Positions 39,716 to 47,252 of a stretch of 59,226 nt of DNA are shown here, piece by piece. Below the pieces are notes generated by a model. The model saw only the letters and a list, made by a program, of their open reading frames with translations, ran no database searches and had not been told where the DNA came from. Both the position numbers and the translations under genes were made by a program. This DNA comes from a virus (taxonomy: Duplodnaviria; Caudoviricetes), in IMG/VR virus record IMGVR_UViG_3300020421_000016, positions 1 to 59,226 of that record. One strand, 5' to 3'. Numbering within the stretch: position 1 is the first letter of the stretch; the number at the start of each line of letters is the position of its first letter.

Positions 39716-40555
39716 ATGAGCGAAAATCCACTAAAGCATTTATATAGAAGTAAAACAGTATATGTAGAACTTCCAAGTAAAGGAAAATTTTATAAAAAGC
39801 CGCCAAAATTTTCAGTAGACGGAGAAATAGGTGTAATGCCTATGACTACTAATGACGAGCTAAAGTTAAAAAGTCCAGATGCATTATTTAACGGTGAGGC
39901 TATGTTTGATATGCTATCAAGTTGTGTACCAGACATTGAAAATCCACGTGAAATACCTGCATGTGATTTAGATGTATTGGTATTTGCAATACGTATTGCA
40001 ACATCTGGAGATGAAATGGAAATAAGCAGTGAATGTCCTCACTGTGAAAAAACACATGAATATGAAGTAAATCTAACACGGTTTATGGCAAGTGCTAAAG
40101 AAATGGAATTGGATCCTACTGTGCAAATAGACGAAAACACTACTGTACATGTAAGACCCTATAGTTTAGAAAGCAGAATGAAAACACAAATCCAACAATT
40201 TCATGCTTACAGAATGGAAAGTATGTTAAATGGAGGAGATATTTCTCAAGATCGTAAAGTAGAATTATTTAATGATGCACTAGCGGCGGCTAGCAGTATA
40301 AGTGTAGAACTTGTAGCATCAAACATTACAAAAGTCGAACTTAAATCTGGAGAAGATGTTACTGCCGTAGAAGAGTACGATCACATATATCAATGGGTTA
40401 TGAATATGGATAGCAACACATACAAAAAAATTATTGGCCATATCCGTAAACTAAGTGATGCTAATATAGAAAAAGAAGTTGTATTAAACTGTGCTGGATG
40501 TAATAAAGAATATCGTAGCGATATAGATTTGGATCCCACAAATTTTTTCACATGA
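39716..40555 (+). CDS. gp26: Baseplate hub assembly protein (gp26-like)
   Basis: VELPSKG, PMTTNDE, DLDVLVFAIRIATSG, two CxxC motifs (CPHC, CAGC) and a C-terminal NFF. Confidence 0.85.
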   Translation: MSENPLKHLYRSKTVYVELPSKGKFYKKPPKFSVDGEIGVMPMTTNDELKLKSPDALFNGEAMFDMLSSCVPDIENPREIPACDLDVLVFAIRIATSGDEMEISSECPHCEKTHEYEVNLTRFMASAKEMELDPTVQIDENTTVHVRPYSLESRMKTQIQQFHAYRMESMLNGGDISQDRKVELFNDALAAASSISVELVASNITKVELKSGEDVTAVEEYDHIYQWVMNMDSNTYKKIIGHIRKLSDANIEKEVVLNCAGCNKEYRSDIDLDPTNFFT

Positions 40556-40782
40556 GGGCAATTAGAATGACTCCTCAAGAATTGCAGGAGTATACTAAAA
40601 AACTAGTTGCCCAGCAAAAGAATTATCAAAATATTATATTAGAAACAGTTGCTTATAGTAACGGAAGTCTATCATATAACGAAGCATTACAAATGTCAAG
40701 TAGTGCATTTAACCAATTCGAAAAGACACTTGTTAAAAAGATTAAACAGGATAAAGGAATATCTGAATCCAATATGTTATAA
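40552..40782 (+). CDS. Baseplate assembly protein, gp51-like
   Basis: 76 aa with an ATGA overlap with gp26 and LSYNEALQMS motif. Synteny matches gp26-gp51. Confidence 0.55.
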   Translation: MRAIRMTPQELQEYTKKLVAQQKNYQNIILETVAYSNGSLSYNEALQMSSSAFNQFEKTLVKKIKQDKGISESNML

Positions 40783-40789
40783 TCTTGTT

Positions 40790-41203
40790 TACGTTGTCTA
40801 ACGACAACGGATTTATTCATTTCATTCATAAATCATTTATTATTATTAGAAGTAATTATCTTTAGCTTTACCATGATGTCAGTCACACTTAGCCTGATTA
40901 AGGCCAAGTGCATCTGAAAAACTTTACCAGTCAATCGCGCCACACTACATATCGAAAAACCTTTATAACGTAAGGTAAGGGCGGTTGTGCGGTACCCTTT
41001 TACATTCTGCTTACAACGCAGGAACACAGATGGCCATATGTAGCGACCCATCTGCTACCCGTGAGTTCCAATAGTCAGGAGAGCTCACTCATTTTGGTTT
41101 GTCAAACCAACGTATAGACTGCAACACACCACGCCATCGACATCAGCTCACACTGGCAGAATCTTGGTGAGTCGAGAATCCCCGACCAATCAAAGTTGCT
41201 ATA
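40790..41203 (-). ncRNA. Putative large structured non-coding RNA (about 400 nt) directly 3' of the GIY-YIG gene
   Basis: Longest intergenic gap in the window and visibly more GC-rich than other gaps. It holds many stems (40886-40910, 40959-40976, 40977-40999, 41005-41024, 41027-41054, 41061-41088, 41094-41110, 41164-41189) and a 10-bp loop pairing 41036-41045 with 40943-40952. G-U wobbles favour the minus strand. Confidence 0.65.
40792..40809. terminator. Hairpin at the convergence of gp51-like and the structured region
   Basis: CGTTGTC-TAAC-GACAACG perfect 7-bp stem. There is no strong U-tract, so a terminator role is uncertain. Confidence 0.4.
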
Positions 41204-41665
41204 TTATTTGGAGTTTATATTAGCCTGAGTTTTGCGGTGCTCTAATAGACGTTCTCTTAATATATTACTGCCTCCAACTCTTACGTTGATAATGCCATTG
41301 TAATATTCGTCTGTTTCCAGCACACTGCGATCAAATTGTTCTTTTGCTTCTAAGTAACTGAGTTCGCCTTTGCTTTCACAATAATAAAGTATTTGCCTTG
41401 TAAAATTGTTTTCGCCTAATTCTTCTACATCTCTGTTTAGTTTATCACTTGAGCCCCAATAGGTGCGCCAATCACTTTCTTTAGTGCTTCGTCTTTTGTT
41501 CTTTTTGCCTTTTAGAGGTTTTTTTGTAACTTTAAATCTTGCTAATTTTTTGCCTATATATTTTCTATCATTCGTCAGATTGGTAATTATGTAGACAAAT
41601 CCTACACAAGTTTCCGGAAGTTCTTCAACTTTTATTCCGTTATAAGTCCAATCACTTTTTGCCAC
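41204..41665 (-). CDS. Small GIY-YIG endonuclease-domain protein
   Basis: GFVYIITNLTNDRKYIGKK, YWGSS, LSYLEAKEQ (catalytic Glu position) and YYNG (conserved Asn). Confidence 0.85.
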   Translation of the reverse strand: MAKSDWTYNGIKVEELPETCVGFVYIITNLTNDRKYIGKKLARFKVTKKPLKGKKNKRRSTKESDWRTYWGSSDKLNRDVEELGENNFTRQILYYCESKGELSYLEAKEQFDRSVLETDEYYNGIINVRVGGSNILRERLLEHRKTQANINSK

Positions 41666-41954
41666 GTTTGCTCATTTTCTCCAATGTATGTATACCAATA
41701 TTGCTGATATTATCTATTTTTCTATGGCCTGTGTATCTTTGCCTAATAGTTTTGTCGCTTGGTCTTTCATATATTGAAGTTAAATCGCTTGAATCAATTA
41801 TTCCACTATCCACAATCCATTTGTAACTATCATTTTTAACAGAGACGTCATAGCCGTCCCAATTAGTTACTTTAGATTCGGGTACTTTTAATGTAACACC
41901 CGTATCAGGATCTGTCAATGTGATTGTTACACGTTCATTTTTATTCTTCGACAT
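41652..41954 (-). CDS. Hypothetical protein
   Basis: ORF between gp46 and GIY-YIG. ATG at 41954 (MSKNKNE) chosen over the upstream start that lies deeper inside gp46. Confidence 0.55.
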   Translation of the reverse strand: MSKNKNERVTITLTDPDTGVTLKVPESKVTNWDGYDVSVKNDSYKWIVDSGIIDSSDLTSIYERPSDKTIRQRYTGHRKIDNISNIGIHTLEKMSKRGKK

Positions 41955-43716
41955 AATCTGTATCTGCGTTAAACGTAGTAAAACCATTCTCTTTTAGTAC
42001 TTGCAGAGTATGACTAACTCGTCCTACAAGTTCGTCTCTGTGACTAATTAAGAAAATGTTTTTATCTCTTTCACGTACCATTTTCTTTAGTACGCTCAAC
42101 GATGATTCTACACCGTTGCTATCCATGCCTGAGTCTACTAATTCATCTATTGCCAAAAAGTTTATAGGAGTGTTCATGCTTTCGAACACATCTCTAAAGG
42201 ACCAAGATAAGCCAAGGATAAGCCTGTTACGTTCGCCGCGAGATAAGTTGTCAAAGTCTAGTTCCCTACCCAGCTCTGTGATTTCAACAGTCAAGTCGGG
42301 TTGGAATTGTACTTCATGTGGTAAGCCTAGTTTAGTTAAGTAATAGCCTAGTCGTGTATTTAAGTATGATAAGTTTTGTTCTATAATTCGCTTTCTAATA
42401 AAGCTGTCTTTATTAGTTAGCAGTTTCATAAGAAAATCCTGGTGTTCACGTAGAAGATTTAGCTGATTCATATTTTCCCAACTGATCTCCTGAATACCTT
42501 CGTTTTGTAATGCCTCTATTTGATCTGTGTAAGGGTCCTGTTCAGCCTCTTTAGTTTCCAATTGTGTTTTTAATTGCACCACTTTGTTTCTGTGATCGTG
42601 CGCATCGCTCACATTTTCGTAAAAAGTTACTGGTGCTGTGCCTAAGTCTCCAAGTGCATCCAAATTTATTTCATGCTCTTGTAGCTGTGTAAGATTTTCT
42701 TGCAGTGTTGTTTCAGCATCTGCTTTTAAATCTTGTTTTGTTTTGAGAATTTCTTCTTGCTTATCGTCATGTATATCCTGACCACAAGCATGACACTTGT
42801 TATCAACTAATAATGCGATTTCTTTTCCTAGCTTCTCGACTAGCTTGTCTTGTTTTACATTATCCTTTCGGATAGTACTAATGTTATCTTCTAGCTGTGT
42901 TCTACGTTGTAAGTTTACATGGAATACTGCCAAGTCTCCATGTGTAGATAGTTCAGCTTCGATATCTAAATGTTCTAGTTCACAAATTGCTTCATCGAAC
43001 GCTACAATGTCTGCAGATTTTTTATCTTCCCAAACTTTACGTCTGCGTTCTAAGTCTTTAATACTTTTTGCAATTGTTGAATTTGCTTCTTCTACACCCT
43101 TGATGCGATATTCTTCTTCTTTTATTGCATCTTTTGTGTCTTTCATTTGTTCTTTAAGTACGTTTGCTTTTTCACTAAGCATTGTGATACCCAGCAATTG
43201 CTCAATAATATCACGTTGATCATTTGCTCGCATACTAAGGAACGGTTCTGTGTAAGTGTTCAGTGCCATAATATGTTTAAACATAACGTGGCTCATACCC
43301 AACAGGCGTTCTATTTCCTGCTGAGTAAGGCGTCCTTCGCCTTGTCCTTCATCAGTACCGTCTTCCAACATTTCATTATTGTTTACCATAAATTTAAAAA
43401 TGTTAGGTTTACGTCCTCTTTCAATTCTGTACTCTATTCCGTTAACTTCAAAGTCAACTGTAACCAACATACCTTTGTTGTTGGTTTTGTTTATTAAGTT
43501 ATCCTTGCGGATATTTGTTAGTGCATTGCCATACAGTGCATAGCTAAGTGCATTAATTATTGTAGTTTTGCCAGTACCATTACGGCTACCGTCTCCGCCC
43601 AAATCTACATTGTTTCCTAGTACAAGTGTAAGTCCTGCATCAGTAAAACGCACGGCTTGCGTTACGTTACCCACACTCATAAAGTTTTTTATGGTTACGT
43701 TGTTAATATTAATCAT
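41941..43716 (-). CDS. gp46: Recombination endonuclease ATPase subunit (gp46, Rad50/SbcC-like)
   Basis: NFMSVGN, Walker A NGTGKTT, zinc hook CHACGQ, signature LSRGE, Walker B AIDE and ISH. Confidence 0.95.
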   Translation of the reverse strand: MININNVTIKNFMSVGNVTQAVRFTDAGLTLVLGNNVDLGGDGSRNGTGKTTIINALSYALYGNALTNIRKDNLINKTNNKGMLVTVDFEVNGIEYRIERGRKPNIFKFMVNNNEMLEDGTDEGQGEGRLTQQEIERLLGMSHVMFKHIMALNTYTEPFLSMRANDQRDIIEQLLGITMLSEKANVLKEQMKDTKDAIKEEEYRIKGVEEANSTIAKSIKDLERRRKVWEDKKSADIVAFDEAICELEHLDIEAELSTHGDLAVFHVNLQRRTQLEDNISTIRKDNVKQDKLVEKLGKEIALLVDNKCHACGQDIHDDKQEEILKTKQDLKADAETTLQENLTQLQEHEINLDALGDLGTAPVTFYENVSDAHDHRNKVVQLKTQLETKEAEQDPYTDQIEALQNEGIQEISWENMNQLNLLREHQDFLMKLLTNKDSFIRKRIIEQNLSYLNTRLGYYLTKLGLPHEVQFQPDLTVEITELGRELDFDNLSRGERNRLILGLSWSFRDVFESMNTPINFLAIDELVDSGMDSNGVESSLSVLKKMVRERDKNIFLISHRDELVGRVSHTLQVLKENGFTTFNADTDYVEE

Positions 43717-44735
43717 AGGTTCGCATAGATATCCATTAGCATTTTGCTGTTAATCATGTCACTATCAACAGCCTTTAATTGATTATACACTATTTGGTCC
43801 ACATTTTCAACCTCTATTTCATTGTCAGTTTTCCAATCTGTTGCATGCTCTTCTTTTTTAGCAGGCATAAGTGCAATCTCTCGTAGTTTATATTGTTTGG
43901 CAAAAGTTTCCTTTATAAAGTTTGCCTCCTCATAACTAATGGGTACATCTAATGTAACCCTACAATAAGTATTTTCGCTCAAATACTTGTCAGGAGTGTC
44001 AATAAGTTTACTTAGTGGCAGTGTCCTGTACTTTGGACCGTCAGGCCAGTCAATATATTGTGGCTCTCCGTCCCATTCCAATATCATCATACCTCGATCA
44101 TCGTCCCATGCATCTGCATAATTGTGTGGGAAAGGACTACCCAAGTAATGGATATTGTTGTTGTTTTGTCGTTTGTGGAAATGTCCACTAAACACATATT
44201 CTGGTTTCTTAAAGTCTCCAGCAGTTAATCCGCCATGATCTGGCATAGTAACCATTGCGTTCATTTTAAAATGCGGTAGCTCAAAATGTCCAAAAACATA
44301 GCGGCTTTTCAGCTTTGCCATCTTTTTCCATTCATCTTCTACCAGCCAAGGCACAAGTGTAACGCCTCCACTTTCCATCATTTTATCATTGATTAAGTGT
44401 ACATTTTCGTGTAATCCTGCATAAGGAATACTGTGGATTTCACGCTTTTCTCTGTAGTATAAGTCATGATTTCCCATGATCATATACACATTTTCAAATG
44501 CTTCGCTTAGCCTTTTAATGTTTGGCACTGTATAATTTAGTGTGCTTACGTTTACACTACTGCGATGGTGGTGCCAATCACCAAGGAAAATACATGTTTC
44601 ACATCCTTCAGCTTTGGCTTTATCAATAAACCAATAGATAAACCGTTCACAATCATCATTGTGCATACGACTATTGTTTTTATTACCAAAGTGTATATCT
44701 GTAAAGCATGCAACTTTATTAAAAAATTGACTCAT
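43713..44735 (-). CDS. gp47: Recombination endonuclease nuclease subunit (gp47, Mre11/SbcD-like)
   Basis: Metallophosphoesterase motifs TDIHFG, LGDW, GNHD, GHFE and SGHFHKR. Confidence 0.95.
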   Translation of the reverse strand: MSQFFNKVACFTDIHFGNKNNSRMHNDDCERFIYWFIDKAKAEGCETCIFLGDWHHHRSSVNVSTLNYTVPNIKRLSEAFENVYMIMGNHDLYYREKREIHSIPYAGLHENVHLINDKMMESGGVTLVPWLVEDEWKKMAKLKSRYVFGHFELPHFKMNAMVTMPDHGGLTAGDFKKPEYVFSGHFHKRQNNNNIHYLGSPFPHNYADAWDDDRGMMILEWDGEPQYIDWPDGPKYRTLPLSKLIDTPDKYLSENTYCRVTLDVPISYEEANFIKETFAKQYKLREIALMPAKKEEHATDWKTDNEIEVENVDQIVYNQLKAVDSDMINSKMLMDIYANL

Positions 44736-45637
44736 GGTATAATATTGTATCCTGCGTCTTTCATATCTTGTTCCATTTTGTCATGATATTCGGATTGTTT
44801 CTCTTCCCTTGCTTTGCGTTGTGCAGTTTCGTCATCTATTTGACGAGTAAAGCTAGGCGTTTGTCCTGCTTCCTGTAGCAAGTCATCACGCAAGTTCTGG
44901 TTTCGTTTCTCCAAGTTCAAGACTCTCGTAAAGCTATTTGTAATAGCCGCTGTGTAATATGCAAAAGGATTTGCAGATTTACTTTCGTCAAAATACAAAC
45001 CTATCTGCGATAGTTGAACCAACGCATGGCTACGCATTTCATCTACATACGTATAGCCTCGCCAGTTACTTCGCATACTGTAACGCTGGCATAGCATAAT
45101 CATCATGCTTGCTAACTTTTCAGTAATCTTACCCTTTTTAACACTAAATTGTCCATTTGTCAAGTCCCCAGTCCAGTGACTACGTACAACTTCGTCCCAT
45201 TTGTTGTTTCTCCATGCAATATGGATAAACGGGGGGAAGTTACATTTTGCGTGTCTGTCTGCTACTGTTTTGGGCTTGTTCTTTCTGCCAGGCTCTTCTG
45301 GAACATGTTCGAAAGTCATTTTACGGATCACAATATCTTCCAATGGTATTTCACTACCATCAAATTTGTATGTGATCAAACGTGGTTTGTCTTTTGCTTT
45401 CCTACCTGGTGTATTTTCCCATAATACTAAATCTGTTGCATGTCGTTCATTAGCAATGCGATCTGCACGTGTTTGTTTTGCATCTGCAATAACTTGGTCC
45501 GTTAAATCGTCCATGCTGTGAATAATGCCGTCTATTAGATAGTATTGTTTGTCTTCAATATAACAAAAACTTAACTTACTTTTGTGTATTTCTTTTAATA
45601 ATTCTTTATTATTTAAATAATTTTGTCTTTTTGGCAT
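44732..45637 (-). CDS. gp55: Late-transcription sigma factor (gp55-like)
   Basis: NYLNNKELL N-terminus, NWRGYTYVDEM and FDESKSANPFAYYTAAITNSF. Synteny with gp47-gp46. Confidence 0.88.
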   Translation of the reverse strand: MPKRQNYLNNKELLKEIHKSKLSFCYIEDKQYYLIDGIIHSMDDLTDQVIADAKQTRADRIANERHATDLVLWENTPGRKAKDKPRLITYKFDGSEIPLEDIVIRKMTFEHVPEEPGRKNKPKTVADRHAKCNFPPFIHIAWRNNKWDEVVRSHWTGDLTNGQFSVKKGKITEKLASMMIMLCQRYSMRSNWRGYTYVDEMRSHALVQLSQIGLYFDESKSANPFAYYTAAITNSFTRVLNLEKRNQNLRDDLLQEAGQTPSFTRQIDDETAQRKAREEKQSEYHDKMEQDMKDAGYNIIP

Positions 45638-45659
45638 AGATCATTCCTTATGTTCCACA

Positions 45660-45688
45660 ATTATAGCAATATTATTGCCCTGTGTCAA
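45660..45688 (-). promoter_or_regulatory. Consensus sigma70 (early) promoter for the gp55-47-46 operon
   Basis: TTGACA (45688-45683), 17-bp spacer, TATAAT (45665-45660), with a TGn extended -10. Confidence 0.85.
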
Positions 45689-45714
45689 CCAGAAAAACAA
45701 CACTATTTCAAGTG

Positions 45715-45722
45715 TATAAATA
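45715..45722 (+). promoter_or_regulatory. Late promoter TATAAATA
   Basis: Exact T4 late consensus at the head of the plus-strand baseplate operon. Confidence 0.75.
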
Positions 45723-45739
45723 GTTGTGGAGATGTTAAT

Positions 45740-46366
45740 ATGTTGATAACTGAGATTGTAAATTTAGCTGAAGCTGTTGCTAATCGCACTATTGCTATCT
45801 ATCCTGGTCGTTTTCACCCTTTTCACAAGGGCCACAAGTTCGTATACGACTATTTAGCTAGCAAATATGACGCAGTTTTTATTGCTACAAGCGACAAACA
45901 AGAAGATGGTTCGCCCTTTAGTTTTGATGATAAAAAACGTATGATGATGCTTACTGGTGTTCCAGCAAGCAGTATTGTGTTTACGAAGCAACCATATGTG
46001 CCAAATGAAATATTTGACAAACTAGATGTAAGCAATACAGCAGCAGTTTTTGGCGTAGGCAAAAAAGACATGGATGAAGGTAATCCACGCTTTAAGGTAG
46101 GACTAAAGAAAAACGGAGAGCCTACATATTATCAACACAATACAAATAATAAAGAAACATTTGACAAGCACGGTTACTTGGAAGTTGTGCCTACACAAAA
46201 ATTTAAAGTATTAGGCCAACCAGCAACTAGTGCTACAGAATTACGTAAACAATATGCTACACTAAATGATCAACAAGCACAAGCATTTATAAATGATTTG
46301 TTTGGCAGTTTTGACAAAGATGTAATGACAATTATGGATAAAAAATTAGGAAGAAACAATGGCTGA
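45740..46366 (+). CDS. HIGH-motif nucleotidyltransferase (cytidylyltransferase/NMNAT-like)
   Basis: YPGRFHPFHKGH, PFSFDDKKRMM and SATELR. Start reassigned to the ATG at 45740 (GGAG SD, downstream of TATAAATA). Confidence 0.8.
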   Translation: MLITEIVNLAEAVANRTIAIYPGRFHPFHKGHKFVYDYLASKYDAVFIATSDKQEDGSPFSFDDKKRMMMLTGVPASSIVFTKQPYVPNEIFDKLDVSNTAAVFGVGKKDMDEGNPRFKVGLKKNGEPTYYQHNTNNKETFDKHGYLEVVPTQKFKVLGQPATSATELRKQYATLNDQQAQAFINDLFGSFDKDVMTIMDKKLGRNNG

Positions 46367-46946
46367 CACCAGAGCAAAACTTTTATGTAAAGCAGGATAT
46401 AGTGAAGCTCTAAATGGTCCTGCTTCAGTACTAGGAACAAAAGGCGGTATAATATTTCCTTATACTCCTGTTATAACAACACAAACACAGGTTGGATATA
46501 ACAAATATGATTTAACACATACAAATTATCAGCCCATGGCTTTTAGTCATAGCCAGGCACCTATGTTACAAGTTACTGCAAATTTTATTCAACAGTCAAC
46601 AGAAGATGTTGATTATCTATTAGGCGCACTACATTTTTTCCGTGTAGTAACAAAAATGAATTTTGGACAAGAAGATCCACAGCGAGGAACACCACCGCCT
46701 GTACTAGAGTTTAGTGCATATGGTCCAGTCAACTTTAGTAGAGTTCCAGTATTAGTTCAGGGTGTAAGTACAACTTACCCTGATGATATAGATTATATTT
46801 TAGACAGTAGTGGAGAAAATCGTGTTCCAGCAATGATGACAATTGCAATAGATTTAGCTGTACATTATAGTCCTAGTAAAACTAGAAGTACATTTAGTTT
46901 AAATGGATTTGCAAGTGGTGAACTTTATAGTAGAGGATTTATTTAA
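46359..46946 (+). CDS. Baseplate tail-tube initiator/cap-like protein (gp48/gp54-like)
   Basis: GIIFPYTP, LHFFRVVTKMNFG and GTPPPVLEFSAYG (the PPxxxF motif of tube-initiator proteins), located upstream of gp53. Confidence 0.65.
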   Translation: MADTRAKLLCKAGYSEALNGPASVLGTKGGIIFPYTPVITTQTQVGYNKYDLTHTNYQPMAFSHSQAPMLQVTANFIQQSTEDVDYLLGALHFFRVVTKMNFGQEDPQRGTPPPVLEFSAYGPVNFSRVPVLVQGVSTTYPDDIDYILDSSGENRVPAMMTIAIDLAVHYSPSKTRSTFSLNGFASGELYSRGFI

Positions 46947-47251
46947 TGGCATATGAAAGCATGCAAAAATACGATTCTAATAGTAACTATAGAAATACAG
47001 CAATAGGTAAAAAATATCTGGATATCTATGAACCTGCTGTAGTAGTAGAATACGACAACACATATGAATTCACACTAACAAGCAAATACGAACATAGACC
47101 TGATTTACTTGCGCAGGATCTTTATAGCAATAGTAAATTATGGTGGGTGTTTACACTATATAATAGAAACAAAATACTAGATCCAATTTACGATTTTGTT
47201 CCTGGATTAACTATTCGTGTTCCAAATAATGCTAGCTCTATAGGAGTATAA
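46946..47251 (+). CDS. gp53: Baseplate wedge protein gp53-like (LysM-like)
   Basis: YEHRPDLLAQDLYSNSKLWWVFTLYN...GLTIRVP. Confidence 0.85.
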   Translation: MAYESMQKYDSNSNYRNTAIGKKYLDIYEPAVVVEYDNTYEFTLTSKYEHRPDLLAQDLYSNSKLWWVFTLYNRNKILDPIYDFVPGLTIRVPNNASSIGV

Positions 47252-47252
47252 A

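Noticed and set aside
40833-41051. 72-aa ORF inside the structured region
   Set aside because: No clear SD or recognisable motif, and it overlaps the densest stems, so it is more likely incidental.
40783-41203. tRNA, tmRNA, RNase P RNA or CRISPR array
   Set aside because: No cloverleaf with TTCGA/CCA, no GAGGAAAGTCC RNase P motif, and no regularly spaced repeats.
40783-41665. Group I intron carrying a GIY-YIG homing endonuclease
   Set aside because: No interrupted host gene is evident because the region ends at a convergent gene, and I could not identify convincing P7/R-S core sequences in the right order. A cmscan is needed to exclude it fully.
45623-45739. N-terminal extension of the nucleotidyltransferase ORF from the TTG at 45623
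   Set aside because: It would overlap the gp55 start and span both promoters. The ATG at 45740 has a GGAG SD and follows TATAAATA.
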